64,000 nucleotides of DNA from Eledone cirrhosa (GCA_964016885.1 OZ024740.1:358918001-358982000), one strand, 5' to 3'; positions 28,030-41,471 are shown, counted from the stretch's first letter. Made by a program: numbers and translations. Notes: a model not told the origin generated them from the letters alone.

Positions 28030-28900
28030 GATAAACTTATGCATAGACAATGCACTAGAGATAAAGCAGGCATTGACTGGGGAAAGAGCTCGTCGTGGGT
28101 TAGAAATGGTGATCTGAAAGGATGTGCCGAAACTCTGGTGACTGCACCCAAGAGCAGGTACTTCGACCAAACTACATAAAACATCATATTGACAAAATGA
28201 TAAAACCAGCATTATGTAGAATGTGTAAAACAAAAGGAGACAAGGCAGCCATATTGTAAGCGAATGTGTTAAGTTGGCACAGCAAGAGTACAATAGACAT
28301 GATAATGTTGCTAGATATATATATTGAGTGATATCTGAGAAATCTGGGTTTGACAGAGCAACTAAATGATATGAGCAGAGACCAGAAGGGCTGTTAGAGA
28401 ATGAAAAATTAAATCATTTGTAGGACTTCATCATTCAATGCGATAGAATGATTGAGGCAAATATACCAGGCATTTTAGCTGTGAACAAAAAGACAAAAGG
28501 GGCTCAAATTATCGATATATCTGTTCCAGGATTTAGTAGAGTGAAGAATAAAGAATTATGAGCCACCAAAGGAAGAGGCTGGAGAATTGTGTGGGATGAA
28601 GAAGGGTTTAGTGATTCCAGTGGTAATTGGAGTATTGGGATGTTTATCAGAGGGTCTTGAGAACTGTGTAACTAGAATCGAAATTGATGCAAGGTTACAG
28701 TTCATAGAGAAGAAATCACTCGTTGGTTTCACAACGATTTTAAGGAAAATCTTTTCTATGTCAGATACAGAAGCGAATTCAGTGAGGGACCTTTGTCAAC
28801 ATATTGACTGCTTTTTAACTGAAATATCTAAATCGTTTAACATCTAAGTGTTAGGGATTTACAAAAACGAACCATAATAATCATATTAAATTGTGATAAT
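28030..28900 (+). mobile_element. Old R4/Dong-like 3' remnant (zinc finger + RLE)
   Basis: LCRMCK..HIVSECVKLAQQEYNRHDNVA across frameshifts; VIPVVIGVLG...ILRKIF. Confidence 0.75.
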
Positions 28901-28913
28901 GATATAATAAATA

Positions 28914-29340
28914 ATAATATTAAAATAATTGTTTCTACTTTTGGCGCAAGGCCAGCAATTACCCAGTACATTACTTGTACTTTATTTTATCGACCCCGTA
29001 AGGATGAAAGGCAAAGTTAACCACGACAGGATTTGAACTCAAACCGTAAAGGGACGTAACTATGCTGGAAAGCATGGCGTCCAACCCTCTACTGATACTG
29101 CCAATTCACCGTCCTTTATAATATTAAAATAATTGTTTCTACTTTTGGCACAAGGCCAGCAATTATCCCAGTCCATTACTGGTACTTTATTTTATCGACC
29201 CCGTAAGGATGAAAGGCAAAGTTAACCTCAGCGGGATTTGAACTCGGAATGGCATGGACCGTAACTCTATGCGTCAAAGCATGGCGTCCGACCCTCTACT
29301 GATACTGCCAATCCACCGCCCTTTATAATATTAAAATAAT
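28914..29340 (-). mobile_element. Two tandem full-length Nin-domain SINEs
   Basis: Copies ~28926-29114 and ~29130-29321 with A box (tggcagtatcagtagag) and B box (gagttcaaatcc); ataatattaaaataat occurs three times as flank. Confidence 0.88.
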
Positions 29341-29599
29341 GAACGCTATTTCTGAAATTGTGTATCGAAGTCATTGCAGAAACGAAATGTGCAAAAACCT
29401 GAACTCTATAATCACAGTAAATACGAAAACAAACAGCCTTTAGATAACATATTCTGGAGACGGTCGATGGTCGTAGCTGAATAGGAGCTAGAGCCCTCTT
29501 GTTTTAGCGCAAATGTATTATGCAAGTAATCTAATAGTCTGATTTCTGGTTGGTTTAAAATCTTCTATCAATTACCATAACAGATGCTGCTATGAGAAA

Positions 29600-30260
29600 T
29601 AAGGAAGCAAGTGGTTATTCAATAGATATGTTAATTATGTAATTGTGTAAAGCGCCGCGATGAAGATTGATAAAGTTAGGACAATGAAGTTATTACTCAT
29701 GAAGAAATGAAGTTGGAAATGAGCTGGATAAAGAGATGGCTAGAATCGCAGGAATGCCCTGGGAAGTATCTATCATCCCACAAAATTTTCCAGCCTTTCA
29801 ATCTTTGTTATGTAAGCTGATGAATGAAATTGCTGAGGTTATTATGGCACTAAAGTACATTGATTTATCTGTTGTATCAGTTATCCAACAATTGGCATGT
29901 GTAATTGGATGAGCCATTAGATTATGTGGGGGAAAACGTCAGATAGTGATATCAATATGCTACATATGGAGTTGAGAATAAACACTTGACTAAAAGAGCA
30001 AGTGAAAAATAAAAAGAGGCGCGAGAAATGGAGTTTACCCTGAGTGTACGGGTTAAAAATCAAAGTTGCAAAGTTGGAGAAGAAAAACAGCAGCATATTA
30101 CTGTTAAGGCAAAGCAGATTAAGAGGTGGATAGCTAGGAAAAAGAAATTTACAAAGTCATATAATCTTAATTAATCAAATACAATTCAGAGAAGTTGGTA
30201 GCACATGAACTAAGCTACTAGGTTATATCGTGCTCTTTGTGGAGATCTTGTCAATTACTG
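29600..30260 (+). mobile_element. Possible highly decayed R4-like N-terminal remnant
   Basis: EEKQQHITVKAKQIKRW resembles IIKQKVSAKAARIRRF of the 55-59 kb element. Confidence 0.45.
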
Positions 30261-30439
30261 CAGTGGCACTAGTTGAAATGAATTTGGAAAAGGCAGGCCG
30301 AAAGAAAGTTGAACTGAAATATTTTATAAAGCAAGAAAGATGCCCTTTTAGATAGCAAGAAAGATCCAATTTTGGTGTCTAAGTAAAATGTTAAAAAAAG
30401 ATTTTCATCATCTGATTTTATAGATATTCTCCCTAACAC

Positions 30440-30478
<39 letters not shown>

Positions 30479-31457
30479 CACACTAACTAAAATATCGATT
30501 TCGGTTAAGAAAACTGAGTTGTAAAAACTTCAATTGCTTCTAAAATACAGATAGGAGAGGTTATTTCTGTATTATCATTTATAAATATCAGTTTCATGTA
30601 ATCAACTATGATATTTAAAAAAGAATGCACCGTATTTTGTTTAAATATTAACACATAATAATCAATTAAAGGATCCATTACTATTGAAGTCACACCAATC
30701 ACTTTTAAAAGTAATATGTCTGAATATGTAGTATTAAAAGTAATATAGTATTCATTGTAAAATCCATCAATGGGATAATTTGATGGCTGAATTCTTTAGA
30801 AAAGCTAATAGTATCATTTTAAAAGTAAATATTGAAATGATTAAACTATAGTACAGTTTAAATACAAAATTGCCAGCAATTTAGCTAGCAATTCATTTTC
30901 TATTAAATGGGTTTACGTTTTTGTTTGGTATTTTGTAATATTCTTCAATTTCCTAATTTACAGATGTTTCGAAAGTATTCATATTTTGACTATCGCTCGC
31001 AGAAATAGTTGCAATCTCAGACAAGAACTGATGGCCTGAAAACGGGGCCAGTCGGCATCGGGTTGCAATTTCAATGAGACATACCCCACCCTATATAGGC
31101 ATATGTTAAAGTTTTGCTTTATTTTATAATCGATACAGTACTTATCGATTATACTCTTTGTATGTATATCAAGTAGTTTACATTACACATATATAAACCA
31201 TATATAAATTATATCTATTTAGAACTAATTGCTAAACATTTTCAAACCGAGCTTACATTTTACATCTATATTGAACCTATAACCGATTGATATGAGGCCT
31301 ACATTTCATATTTGGGCCCACAACCAGTTTCACCTGAGCCTGAATGTTATTTTTTCATTCTTCTTGTACTTTTGTTTTTCACTATTATTTCATTCCCCTT
31401 TCCGTCCATATATTATATTTTTTCCTTTTCTCTCTTCTCTTTCAAACCTCTCTTTCT

Positions 31458-31581
<124 letters not shown>

Positions 31582-31737
31582 GTGTGTGTCTGTATCAGGA
31601 AAACGGAGAGCACATTTTGAAAATATTGAAGGCAACGACGTTATTTGTTATTTTATTTATCTTCCCTAATATTTCGCCTTCGAATAACAATACTTTATAC
31701 ACTACACACAATATTTCAAGCTAGCTACTACAAACTC

Positions 31738-31815
<78 letters not shown>

Positions 31816-31883
31816 GTAGGTCCCCCCGGGTTGAGTCGGGGATAACCACAGTAAGTAAGGTACTCAATACATGGCAGAGTAAA

Positions 31884-32011
31884 ATATATTTATTGTATAG
31901 AAGGAGCTTCTACAGGACTAGTACTGTTTCATTCAGATGAAATCTTCAGAGCTTCCTGAAGATTTCATCTGAATGAAACAGTACTAGTCCTGTAGAAGCT
32001 CCTTCTATACA

Positions 32012-32021
<10 letters not shown>
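31884..32021. mobile_element. Perfect fold-back insert in (TA)n containing a hammerhead (31949-32001, +)
   Basis: ~66-bp arms, 6-nt loop; gagcttc-CTGAAGA-tttcatctgaat-GAAA-cagtactag-TC-ctgta-gaagctc. Confidence 0.8.
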
Positions 32022-32070
<49 letters not shown>

Positions 32071-32657
32071 TTTATATATATATATATATATAAATGTGTT
32101 TATGTGTGCTGTGTGTAATGTGTGTGGCGGTGCCAGGGATCTATGTCAGTTGAATATATTGTAAATTAGACTATTCAATTTCTTTATAGCTGCATCTGCC
32201 TTCGTATCGATTTTTTCCCTTGAAACTATACCGTACTCTGATAAACTTAGTATGAAAAAAAAACGAAAGAACCGAATGCTCGTAATCAGTAAAATATTTT
32301 GAAATCGATATTCAAACGATTTTTTTGGCGTATATTTATATTTTTTTTAAATAATTATAAACATACTGCACTATATTAATTGCTTTTCGTCTAAGACAGC
32401 TGTTGCTGTTGTGGTGCTGCCGTTGCTGCTGTGATTCTTGTTTTTGCTGATGTTGCTTTATTAGTGGAAAGAGGAAAGATATTTGTAAATATTTACTGTA
32501 AAATAAAGTAAAACTTTCATTAAATGTGATACCGGCGTAGTGTTATGTTATCATTTTCAAGAATACCTTGCTAACATTACGTGATAAACAATAGACAATA
32601 TTTTACTTTATCAGCTTTATCATTATATGTATATATACATTATATGTATATGTGTGA

Positions 32658-32817
32658 GCTCCTACATGGACACGCACGAAGACCAAGGTTAACGTATGTT
32701 GATTCCCTAAGGACACATACTGGTCTGTTGGAGACACAGGACATGGCAGCGATAATGAGGGACAGAGACCGCTGGAGCGAACTCGTCCATGGATCTCGGG
32801 AATTTTACCCGCCCTAG

Positions 32818-32820
<3 letters not shown>
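32658..32820 (+). mobile_element. RTE-clade LINE 3' fragment
   Basis: HGHARRPRLTYVDSL...TGL...MRDRDRW C-terminal motif. Confidence 0.7.
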
Positions 32821-32873
<53 letters not shown>

Positions 32874-32874
32874 T

Positions 32875-33775
32875 TGTATTTGCGAATGGTAAATTTTGGT
32901 AAATTTTCTAATAAAAACATACGCACTATTTGGCATTTACTTTATTCGTTATTGGTTGTCAATGATCTTTCATCACACATTCTCTGGACTCTTCAAAGAC
33001 TATTTCTTCTTCTTCTATGTGTCATATACCGTTTACTCCATCTTGTGTTTCATTGGCACGTATTCTTCTAGGCACATGCGTTTGCGTCTGGGCGTGTATT
33101 TGTGTCTATGTGTTTAGGCATGTGAATATGTGTCTTGTGTGCGTGTGTGTAGCTTTTTATATTGCACTCTTTGTATCTGTATCTTCCTTTTGTTTTCTTC
33201 ATGCGTCCTATTTTGTTTTCTGTCGAAAGATTGTTGGGTGGCAGAGTTACTATTCCATTCGTAGTTCCTGTTGAGGTCTACTATATATTGTGCGTCTGGT
33301 CGGCATAAGCTGTGTGAGTGTTAAGTCAGATCTATGTGTGGATAGGAATTTAACTTCTATGTCATCTATCGAACCCCCATGTTATAGTTTGGCATATTGA
33401 TAAAGCATTGGAAAGCATAGTTTCTAATTAATTTCACGCCAGTGTTCTTTTAGCCTCTCTCCTATGCTATGAGCTGCCTCTCCTGTATATATCGTTGTCG
33501 CGCTTCTGCACCGTCTATCTGTACATTGTTACTTTAATACTTTGGTGGATGGATTTAGCTTATGTTCTACATGGGGCTAGCTTCTAGTTAAGGTTCAAGT
33601 TTACTCTCTTATGGGGGTGCTTTTAACACTATATCGATATCGAGAGTACATGGTTGGGGTTATGGAGCCCACTGCTAAGCATTCCTTGAAACTCCTGTCC
33701 TACCATAAACAGGTTAGCCAAGTCGCCAGTGATGGTGACGCTCTTCTTAATGCCTGTATGTTTTCTTATTGAATT
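32875..33775 (-). mobile_element. Internally deleted Penelope-like element remnant
   Basis: GIKKSVTITGDLANLFM (RT motif) near 33700-33760; IYTGEAAHSIGERLKEH (GIY-YIG) at ~33443-33493. Confidence 0.7.
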
Positions 33776-34765
33776 TAAACATGTGGCCCTTTAGAGTAAC
33801 TTTAGTACTCGCTCCTACCACATGTAATATAAGAAATATACCATAGAGTTCTTATGTTATGCAAGGTTTAATGAAGGGACGTAGGTCAGTGCTTACGGTG
33901 TGTGGCACGTGATCGCAAGGTCTTGCGTTCAATTCCCAGCGGCGCATTCTTTTCTCAAATAAAACACTTTATTTCACGTTGCTTTCTTCAGCCCTCCCAT
34001 ACAATGAGTTGTATCTGGGATTCAAGGGCTAGACTTTTTAGGCTGAATCTTCATGGGAACTACGTTATGTGTGCATGCTAGGTGAATTTCACGTTAATTT
34101 CTCGATTAGATTCTACTGTTGGTCGAAAAGTCTCCTACTTGCAAATATTAGATCTTCCCATTGTGTGAGGAGGAATAGATATCATGGAGAAAAGCAATTG
34201 CTGCCATTCATTTAAGAGACATTGTGGCTGGTGGAATGAAAGAAGGGATTTATCCTTAGACCGGAGCACTCCCATGAATGTTTGCAATAGAGTGGACTGC
34301 TCTAACAGTGACCACGAACCAGATGGTGGCCTAAAGCCCAATACTGATCTAAGAATATATCCAAGTATCCCGTTCAATAATCAGTCTATCAAATTTTAGA
34401 ATTTTACTCACGAGATTTTCGTCAAGCTTATTGTAAATGACACTTGCTCAAAGTGTCACGCAGTGGAATAGAATCCGAAATGACGTGGTTTCTAACAATC
34501 TTCTAAACCATAGATTTATATCAGAGCCGGATAATCCAGATAGAATTTAAGACGATATTATAATATTCTATGTTGATTGTAGTTAGTCAACCTACAATTT
34601 CTCAAATTATATGTTTTCAAAGGAATGAAAGCTAAAATATTAATAGTGAAATTAACTATGCTGTCATCTAAATAATGATTCAATTGGTATTTCTAAATTT
34701 GCCGTCATCGTTCATTATCTTTATATGAACATTTATAAGATGGTTCTACAAAAATAATGCTAATC

Positions 34766-34819
<54 letters not shown>

Positions 34820-34936
34820 ATGGAGGCGGTAAAAACCAGTTAGACCATTACTCACCAGAGCACTTGATACTTGGTGTAGTAGAATGGGTAATATATATAT
34901 AGTGGTAGAATGGGTAATATATATATATATCTATAT

Positions 34937-35589
34937 ACTATTAATAATGAGTTCAAAACTCAGGCAGTCCTTTACAATGAAATATCTCAAAGAAAGAAGT
35001 ATTTCTGAGCCGTGTAATACAAGTTAATATAAATTAACTTGTATTACACGGCTCAGAAATACTTCTTTCTTTGAGCTATTTCATTGTAAAGGACTGCCTG
35101 AGTTTTGAACTCATTATTAATAGTATCACTGCTCCTTTTTGTAGAGCTAATTGTAGCCTCATATAAACGGCTGTTATTTCTAGCAGCACGAGTATGCGGC
35201 AGCTAGACACTAGATAACCATGTGTGTAAAACCATGTGCCTTAAACAGTCTTTTTAAATATTTTGAAGTGAAACATACCAATTTTTTTAGTGCTTGCTGA
35301 GGAGATCTAAATGCGGCATTCTTTCACTTTTTCATTTTTCGAAACATATTTGGATTTTAAGGTTTAAACCTGTCTACGGAACAGGTTTGATTTTGAAATT
35401 TAAATTTGTCCAAGCACCACGGCCATTTGCCAATATGCTTTGTTTTTATTGATTTATTATTTTAAATCGAGACAGGCAAACTGTATTATTATAATTAGTA
35501 TTTTTCAATCTAGCTAACTTAGTCATTTACAATTCAAACACAGATATGTTGGTATTTGTGTTTATCAAATATATTAATTCATATTAACT

Positions 35590-35594
<5 letters not shown>
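34937..35594 (+). mobile_element. 550-nt hammerhead unit with ~90-bp inverted 5' arm, in (TA)n
   Basis: Near-perfect hairpin 34937-35125; attaacttgtat at 35033 and again at 35583. Confidence 0.82.
35290..35417 (+). ncRNA. Type I hammerhead with long stem III
   Basis: gtgcttg-CTGAGGA-ga..aaatg..cattt..tc-GAAA-[~28-bp imperfect hairpin incl. aaacctgt/acaggttt]-GTC-caagcac. Confidence 0.82.
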
Positions 35595-35624
<30 letters not shown>

Positions 35625-35632
35625 GAATGGGT

Positions 35633-35666
<34 letters not shown>

Positions 35667-35674
35667 AAATTATA

Positions 35675-35705
<31 letters not shown>

Positions 35706-35713
<8 letters not shown>

Positions 35714-37801
35714 GACGTAAAATAAGAAAATATTTTTTTAAAAAAATTTTAAAAAAAATTTTTTTCTTACTTAAATTTTCACTCCAACTAATTAGTTTCT
35801 GCAATGGGATAAAGACAGTTATGTAATCCAACTGTCGAGAATTCATTGCGTCATCAGGAAGTCTATTCTCAGTTAAGTCTCCAGGCAATGCGCGGACACT
35901 GGCGGCTCATATAAAAATAATAATAATTCGGTAGATCGAACAGCTTGCGAGGACTGAATTCTATGTACCGAAATTCTCACTGCTTCAAGTCAAATGGCCG
36001 ATTCTAAAGAATCAATCACGTGACACAGAGGCTAGTTAGAAGGAATGGGATGGTAAGATGACTGACGCCTACTAACACCCCAAAAAAAAATTTTTTTAGA
36101 AGTGGTTTTGACAAGTTTGCTCGACAAATCAGTGATTTGGAGATAAATATAGATAATTTAATATATCAACTAACATAAGCGCACAGATGCACGCCCATGC
36201 CAGCAAATACACAGGTTATGTCATAGTACCTAGGTGGTTCAATGCAGGAGAATGCAGAACAATAATATAAAGGACGTAAAATAAGAAAATATTTTTTTAA
36301 AAAAATTTTAAAAAAAATTTTTTTCTTACTTAAATTTTCACTCCAACTAATTAGTTTCTGCAATGGGATAAAGACAGTTATGTAATCCAACTGTCGAGAA
36401 TTCATTGCGTCATCAGGAAGTCTATTCTCAGTTAAGTCTCCAGGCAATGCGCGGACACTGGCGGCTCATATAAAAATAATAATAATTCGGTAGATCGAAC
36501 AGCTTGCGAGGACTGAATTCTATGTACCGAAATTCTCACTGCTTCAAGTCAAATGGCCGATTCTAAAGAATCAATCACGTGACACAGAGGCTAGTTAGAA
36601 GGAATGGGATGGTAAGATGACTGACGCCTACTAACACCCCAAAAAAAAAAAAAATTTTTTTAGAAGTGGTTTTGACAAGTTTGCTCGACAAATCAGTGAT
36701 TTGGAGATAAATATAGATAATTTAATATATCAACTAACATAAGCGCACAGATGCACGCCCATGCCAGCAAATACACAGGTTATGTCATAGTACCTAGGTG
36801 GTTCAATGCAGGAGAATGCAGAACAATAATATAAAGGACGTAAAATAAGAAAATATTTTTTTAAAAAAATTTTAAAAAAAATTTTTTTCTTACTTAAATT
36901 TTCACTCCAACTAATTAGTTTCTGCAATGGGATAAAGACAGTTATGTAATCCAACTGTCGAGAATTCATTGCGTCATCAGGAAGTCTATTCTCAGTTAAG
37001 TCTCCAGGCAATGCGCGGACACTGGCGGCTCATATAAAAATAATAATAATTCGGTAGATCGAACAGCTTGCGAGGACTGAATTCTATGTACCGAAATTCT
37101 CACTGCTTCAAGTCAAATGGCCGATTCTAAAGAATCAATCACGTGACACAGAGGCTAGTTAGAAGGAATGGGATGGTAAGATGACTGACGCCTACTAACA
37201 CCCCAAAAAAAAATTTTTTTAGAAGTGGTTTTGACAAGTTTGCTCGACAAATCAGTGATTTGGAGATAAATATAGATAATTTAATATATCAACTAACATA
37301 AGCGCACAGATGCACGCCCATGCCAGCAAATACACAGGTTATGTCATAGTACCTAGGTGGTTCAATGCAGGAGAATGCAGAACAATAATATAAAGGACGT
37401 AAAATAAGAAAATATTTTTTTAAAAAAATTTTAAAAAAAATTTTTTTCTTACTTAAATTTTCACTCCAACTAATTAGTTTCTGCAATGGGATAAAGACAG
37501 TTATGTAATCCAACTGTCGAGAATTCATTGCGTCATCAGGAAGTCTATTCTCAGTTAAGTCTCCAGGCAATGCGCGGACACTGGCGGCTCATATAAAAAT
37601 AATAATAATTCGGTAGATCGAACAGCTTGCGAGGACTGAATTCTATGTACCGAAATTCTCACTGCTTCAAGTCAAATGGCCGATTCTAAAGAATCAATCA
37701 CGTGACACAGAGGCTAGTTAGAAGGAATGGGATGGTAAGATGACTGACGCCTACTAACACCCCAAAAAAAAAAAAAAAATTTTTTTAGAAGTGGTTTTGA
37801 C
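35706..37801 (-). repeat. Left (inverted) arm of ~562-bp tandem array, ~3.7 units; hammerheads at 35781-35862, 36340-36421, 36904-36985, 37463-37544
   Basis: Reverse complement of right-arm unit; visible differences only in A/T homopolymer lengths. Confidence 0.97.
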
Positions 37802-40800
37802 TTAACTGAGAATAGACTTCCTGATGACGCAATGAATTCTCGACAGTTGGATTACATAACTGTCTTTATCCCATTGCAGAAACTAATTAGTTGGAGTGAA
37901 AATTTAAGTAAGAAAAAAATTTTTTTTAAAATTTTTTTAAAAAAATATTTTCTTATTTTACGTCCTTTATATTATTGTTCTGCATTCTCCTGCATTGAAC
38001 CACCTAGGTACTATGACATAACCTGTGTATTTGCTGGCATGGGCGTGCATCTGTGCGCTTATGTTAGTTGATATATTAAATTATCTATATTTATCTCCAA
38101 ATCACTGATTTGTCGAGCAAACTTGTCAAAACCACTTCTAAAAAAATTTTTTTTTTTGGGGTGTTAGTAGGCGTCAGTCATCTTACCATCCCATTCCTTC
38201 TAACTAGCCTCTGTGTCACGTGATTGATTCTTTAGAATCGGCCATTTGACTTGAAGCAGTGAGAATTTCGGTACATAGAATTCAGTCCTCGCAAGCTGTT
38301 CGATCTACCGAATTATTATTATTTTTATATGAGCCGCCAGTGTCCGCGCATTGCCTGGAGACTTAACTGAGAATAGACTTCCTGATGACGCAATGAATTC
38401 TCGACAGTTGGATTACATAACTGTCTTTATCCCATTGCAGAAACTAATTAGTTGGAGTGAAAATTTAAGTAAGAAAAAAATTTTTTTTAAAATTTTTTTT
38501 AAAAAAATATTTTCTTATTTTACGTCCTTTATATTATTGTTCTGCATTCTCCTGCATTGAACCACCTAGGTACTATGACATAACCTGTGTATTTGCTGGC
38601 ATGGGCGTGCATCTGTGCGCTTATGTTAGTTGATATATTAAATTATCTATATTTATCTCCAAATCACTGATTTGTCGAGCAAACTTGTCAAAACCACTTC
38701 TAAAAAAATTTTTTTTTTTTTTGGGGTGTTAGTAGGCGTCAGTCATCTTACCATCCCATTCCTTCTAACTAGCCTCTGTGTCACGTGATTGATTCTTTAG
38801 AATCGGCCATTTGACTTGAAGCAGTGAGAATTTCGGTACATAGAATTCAGTCCTCGCAAGCTGTTCGATCTACCGAATTATTATTATTTTTATATGAGCC
38901 GCCAGTGTCCGCGCATTGCCTGGAGACTTAACTGAGAATAGACTTCCTGATGACGCAATGAATTCTCGACAGTTGGATTACATAACTGTCTTTATCCCAT
39001 TGCAGAAACTAATTAGTTGGAGTGAAAATTTAAGTAAGAAAAAAATTTTTTTTAAAATTTTTTTAAAAAAATATTTTCTTATTTTACGTCCTTTATATTA
39101 TTGTTCTGCATTCTCCTGCATTGAACCACCTAGGTACTATGACATAACCTGTGTATTTGCTGGCATGGGCGTGCATCTGTGCGCTTATGTTAGTTGATAT
39201 ATTAAATTATCTATATTTATCTCCAAATCACTGATTTGTCGAGCAAACTTGTCAAAACCACTTCTAAAAAAATTTTTTTTTTTTGGGGTGTTAGTAGGCG
39301 TCAGTCATCTTACCATCCCATTCCTTCTAACTAGCCTCTGTGTCACGTGATTGATTCTTTAGAATCGGCCATTTGACTTGAAGCAGTGAGAATTTCGGTA
39401 CATAGAATTCAGTCCTCGCAAGCTGTTCGATCTACCGAATTATTATTATTTTTATATGAGCCGCCAGTGTCCGCGCATTGCCTGGAGACTTAACTGAGAA
39501 TAGACTTCCTGATGACGCAATGAATTCTCGACAGTTGGATTACATAACTGTCTTTATCCCATTGCAGAAACTAATTAGTTGGAGTGAAAATTTAAGTAAG
39601 AAAAAAATTTTTTTTAAAATTTTTTTAAAAAAATATTTTCTTATTTTACGTCCTTTATATTATTGTTCTGCATTCTCCTGCATTGAACCACCTAGGTACT
39701 ATGACATAACCTGTGTATTTGCTGGCATGGGCGTGCATCTGTGCGCTTATGTTAGTTGATATATTAAATTATCTATATTTATCTCCAAATCACTGATTTG
39801 TCGAGCAAACTTGTCAAAACCACTTCTAAAAAAATTTTTTTTTTTGGGGTGTTAGTAGGCGTCAGTCATCTTACCATCCCATTCCTTCTAACTAGCCTCT
39901 GTGTCACGTGATTGATTCTTTAGAATCGGCCATTTGACTTGAAGCAGTGAGAATTTCGGTACATAGAATTCAGTCCTCGCAAGCTGTTCGATCTACCGAA
40001 TTATTATTATTTTTATATGAGCCGCCAGTGTCCGCGCATTGCCTGGAGACTTAACTGAGAATAGACTTCCTGATGACGCAATGAATTCTCGACAGTTGGA
40101 TTACATAACTGTCTTTATCCCATTGCAGAAACTAATTAGTTGGAGTGAAAATTTAAGTAAGAAAAAAATTTTTTTTAAAATTTTTTTAAAAAAATATTTT
40201 CTTATTTTACGTCCTTTATATTATTGTTCTGCATTCTCCTGCATTGAACCACCTAGGTACTATGACATAACCTGTGTATTTGCTGGCATGGGCGTGCATC
40301 TGTGCGCTTATGTTAGTTGATATATTAAATTATCTATATTTATCTCCAAATCACTGATTTGTCGAGCAAACTTGTCAAAACCACTTCTAAAAAAATTTTT
40401 TTTTTTTTTGGGGTGTTAGTAGGCGTCAGTCATCTTACCATCCCATTCCTTCTAACTAGCCTCTGTGTCACGTGATTGATTCTTTAGAATCGGCCATTTG
40501 ACTTGAAGCAGTGAGAATTTCGGTACATAGAATTCAGTCCTCGCAAGCTGTTCGATCTACCGAATTATTATTATTTTTATATGAGCCGCCAGTGTCCGCG
40601 CATTGCCTGGAGACTTAACTGAGAATAGACTTCCTGATGACGCAATGAATTCTCGACAGTTGGATTACATAACTGTCTTTATCCCATTGCAGAAACTAAT
40701 TAGTTGGAGTGAAAATTTAAGTAAGAAAAAAATTTTTTTTAAAATTTTTTTAAAAAAATATTTTCTTATTTTACGTCCTTTATATTATTGTTCTGCATTC

Positions 40801-41464
40801 TCCTGCATTGAACCACCTAGGTACTATGACATAACCTGTGTATTTGCTGGCATGGGCGTGCATCTGTGCGCTTATGTTAGTTGATATATTAAATTATCTA
40901 TATTTATCTCCAAATCACTGATTTGTCGAGCAAACTTGTCAAAACCACTTCTAAAAAAATTTTTTTTTTTTTTTTTTGGGGTGTTAGTAGGCGTCAGTCA
41001 TCTTACCATCCCATTCCTTCTAACTAGCCTCTGTGTCACGTGATTGATTCTTTAGAATCGGCCATTTGACTTGAAGCAGTGAGAATTTCGGTACATAGAA
41101 TTCAGTCCTCGCAAGCTGTTCGATCTACCGAATTATTATTATTTTTATATGAGCCGCCAGTGTCCGCGCATTGCCTGGAGACTTAACTGAGAATAGACTT
41201 CCTGATGACGCAATGAATTCTCGACAGTTGGATTACATAACTGTCTTTATCCCATTGCAGAAACTAATTAGTTGGAGTGAAAATTTAAGTAAGAAAAAAA
41301 TTTTTTTTAAAATTTTTTTAAAAAAATATTTTCTTATTTTACGTCCTTTATATTATTGTTCTGCATTCTCCTGCATTGAACCACCTAGGTACTATGACAT
41401 AACCTGTGTATTTGCTGGCATGGGCGTGCATCTGTGCGCTTATGTTAGTTGATATATTAAATTA

Positions 41465-41471
<7 letters not shown>
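37799..41471 (+). repeat. Right arm of ~562-bp tandem array, ~6.5 units; hammerheads start at 37816, 38377, 38942, 39504, 40065, 40629, 41197
   Basis: Periods 561-568 bp measured between CTGATGA cores. Confidence 0.97.
37816..37897 (+). ncRNA. Type I hammerhead ribozyme, representative of 11 identical copies
   Basis: acttc-CTGATGA-c(gcaatg..gacagtt..aactgtc..cattgc)a-GAAA-ctaattag-TT-ggagt; predicted cut after 37892 (GUU). Confidence 0.88.

Noticed and set aside
29290-29321. tRNA gene calls from A/B boxes
   Set aside because: SINE heads continuing into Nin domain; no cloverleaf
36166-41452. Repeated 93-aa ORF (MPGDLTENR...) in the array
   Set aside because: Starts at TTG, runs through A/T homopolymers, frameshifted in the 38351 copy, overlaps the ribozyme, no recognisable domain; identity just reflects the repeat
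35706-41471. CRISPR array or rDNA/snRNA cluster interpretation
   Set aside because: No unique spacers; no recognisable rRNA, 5S, snRNA or tRNA sequence in the unit
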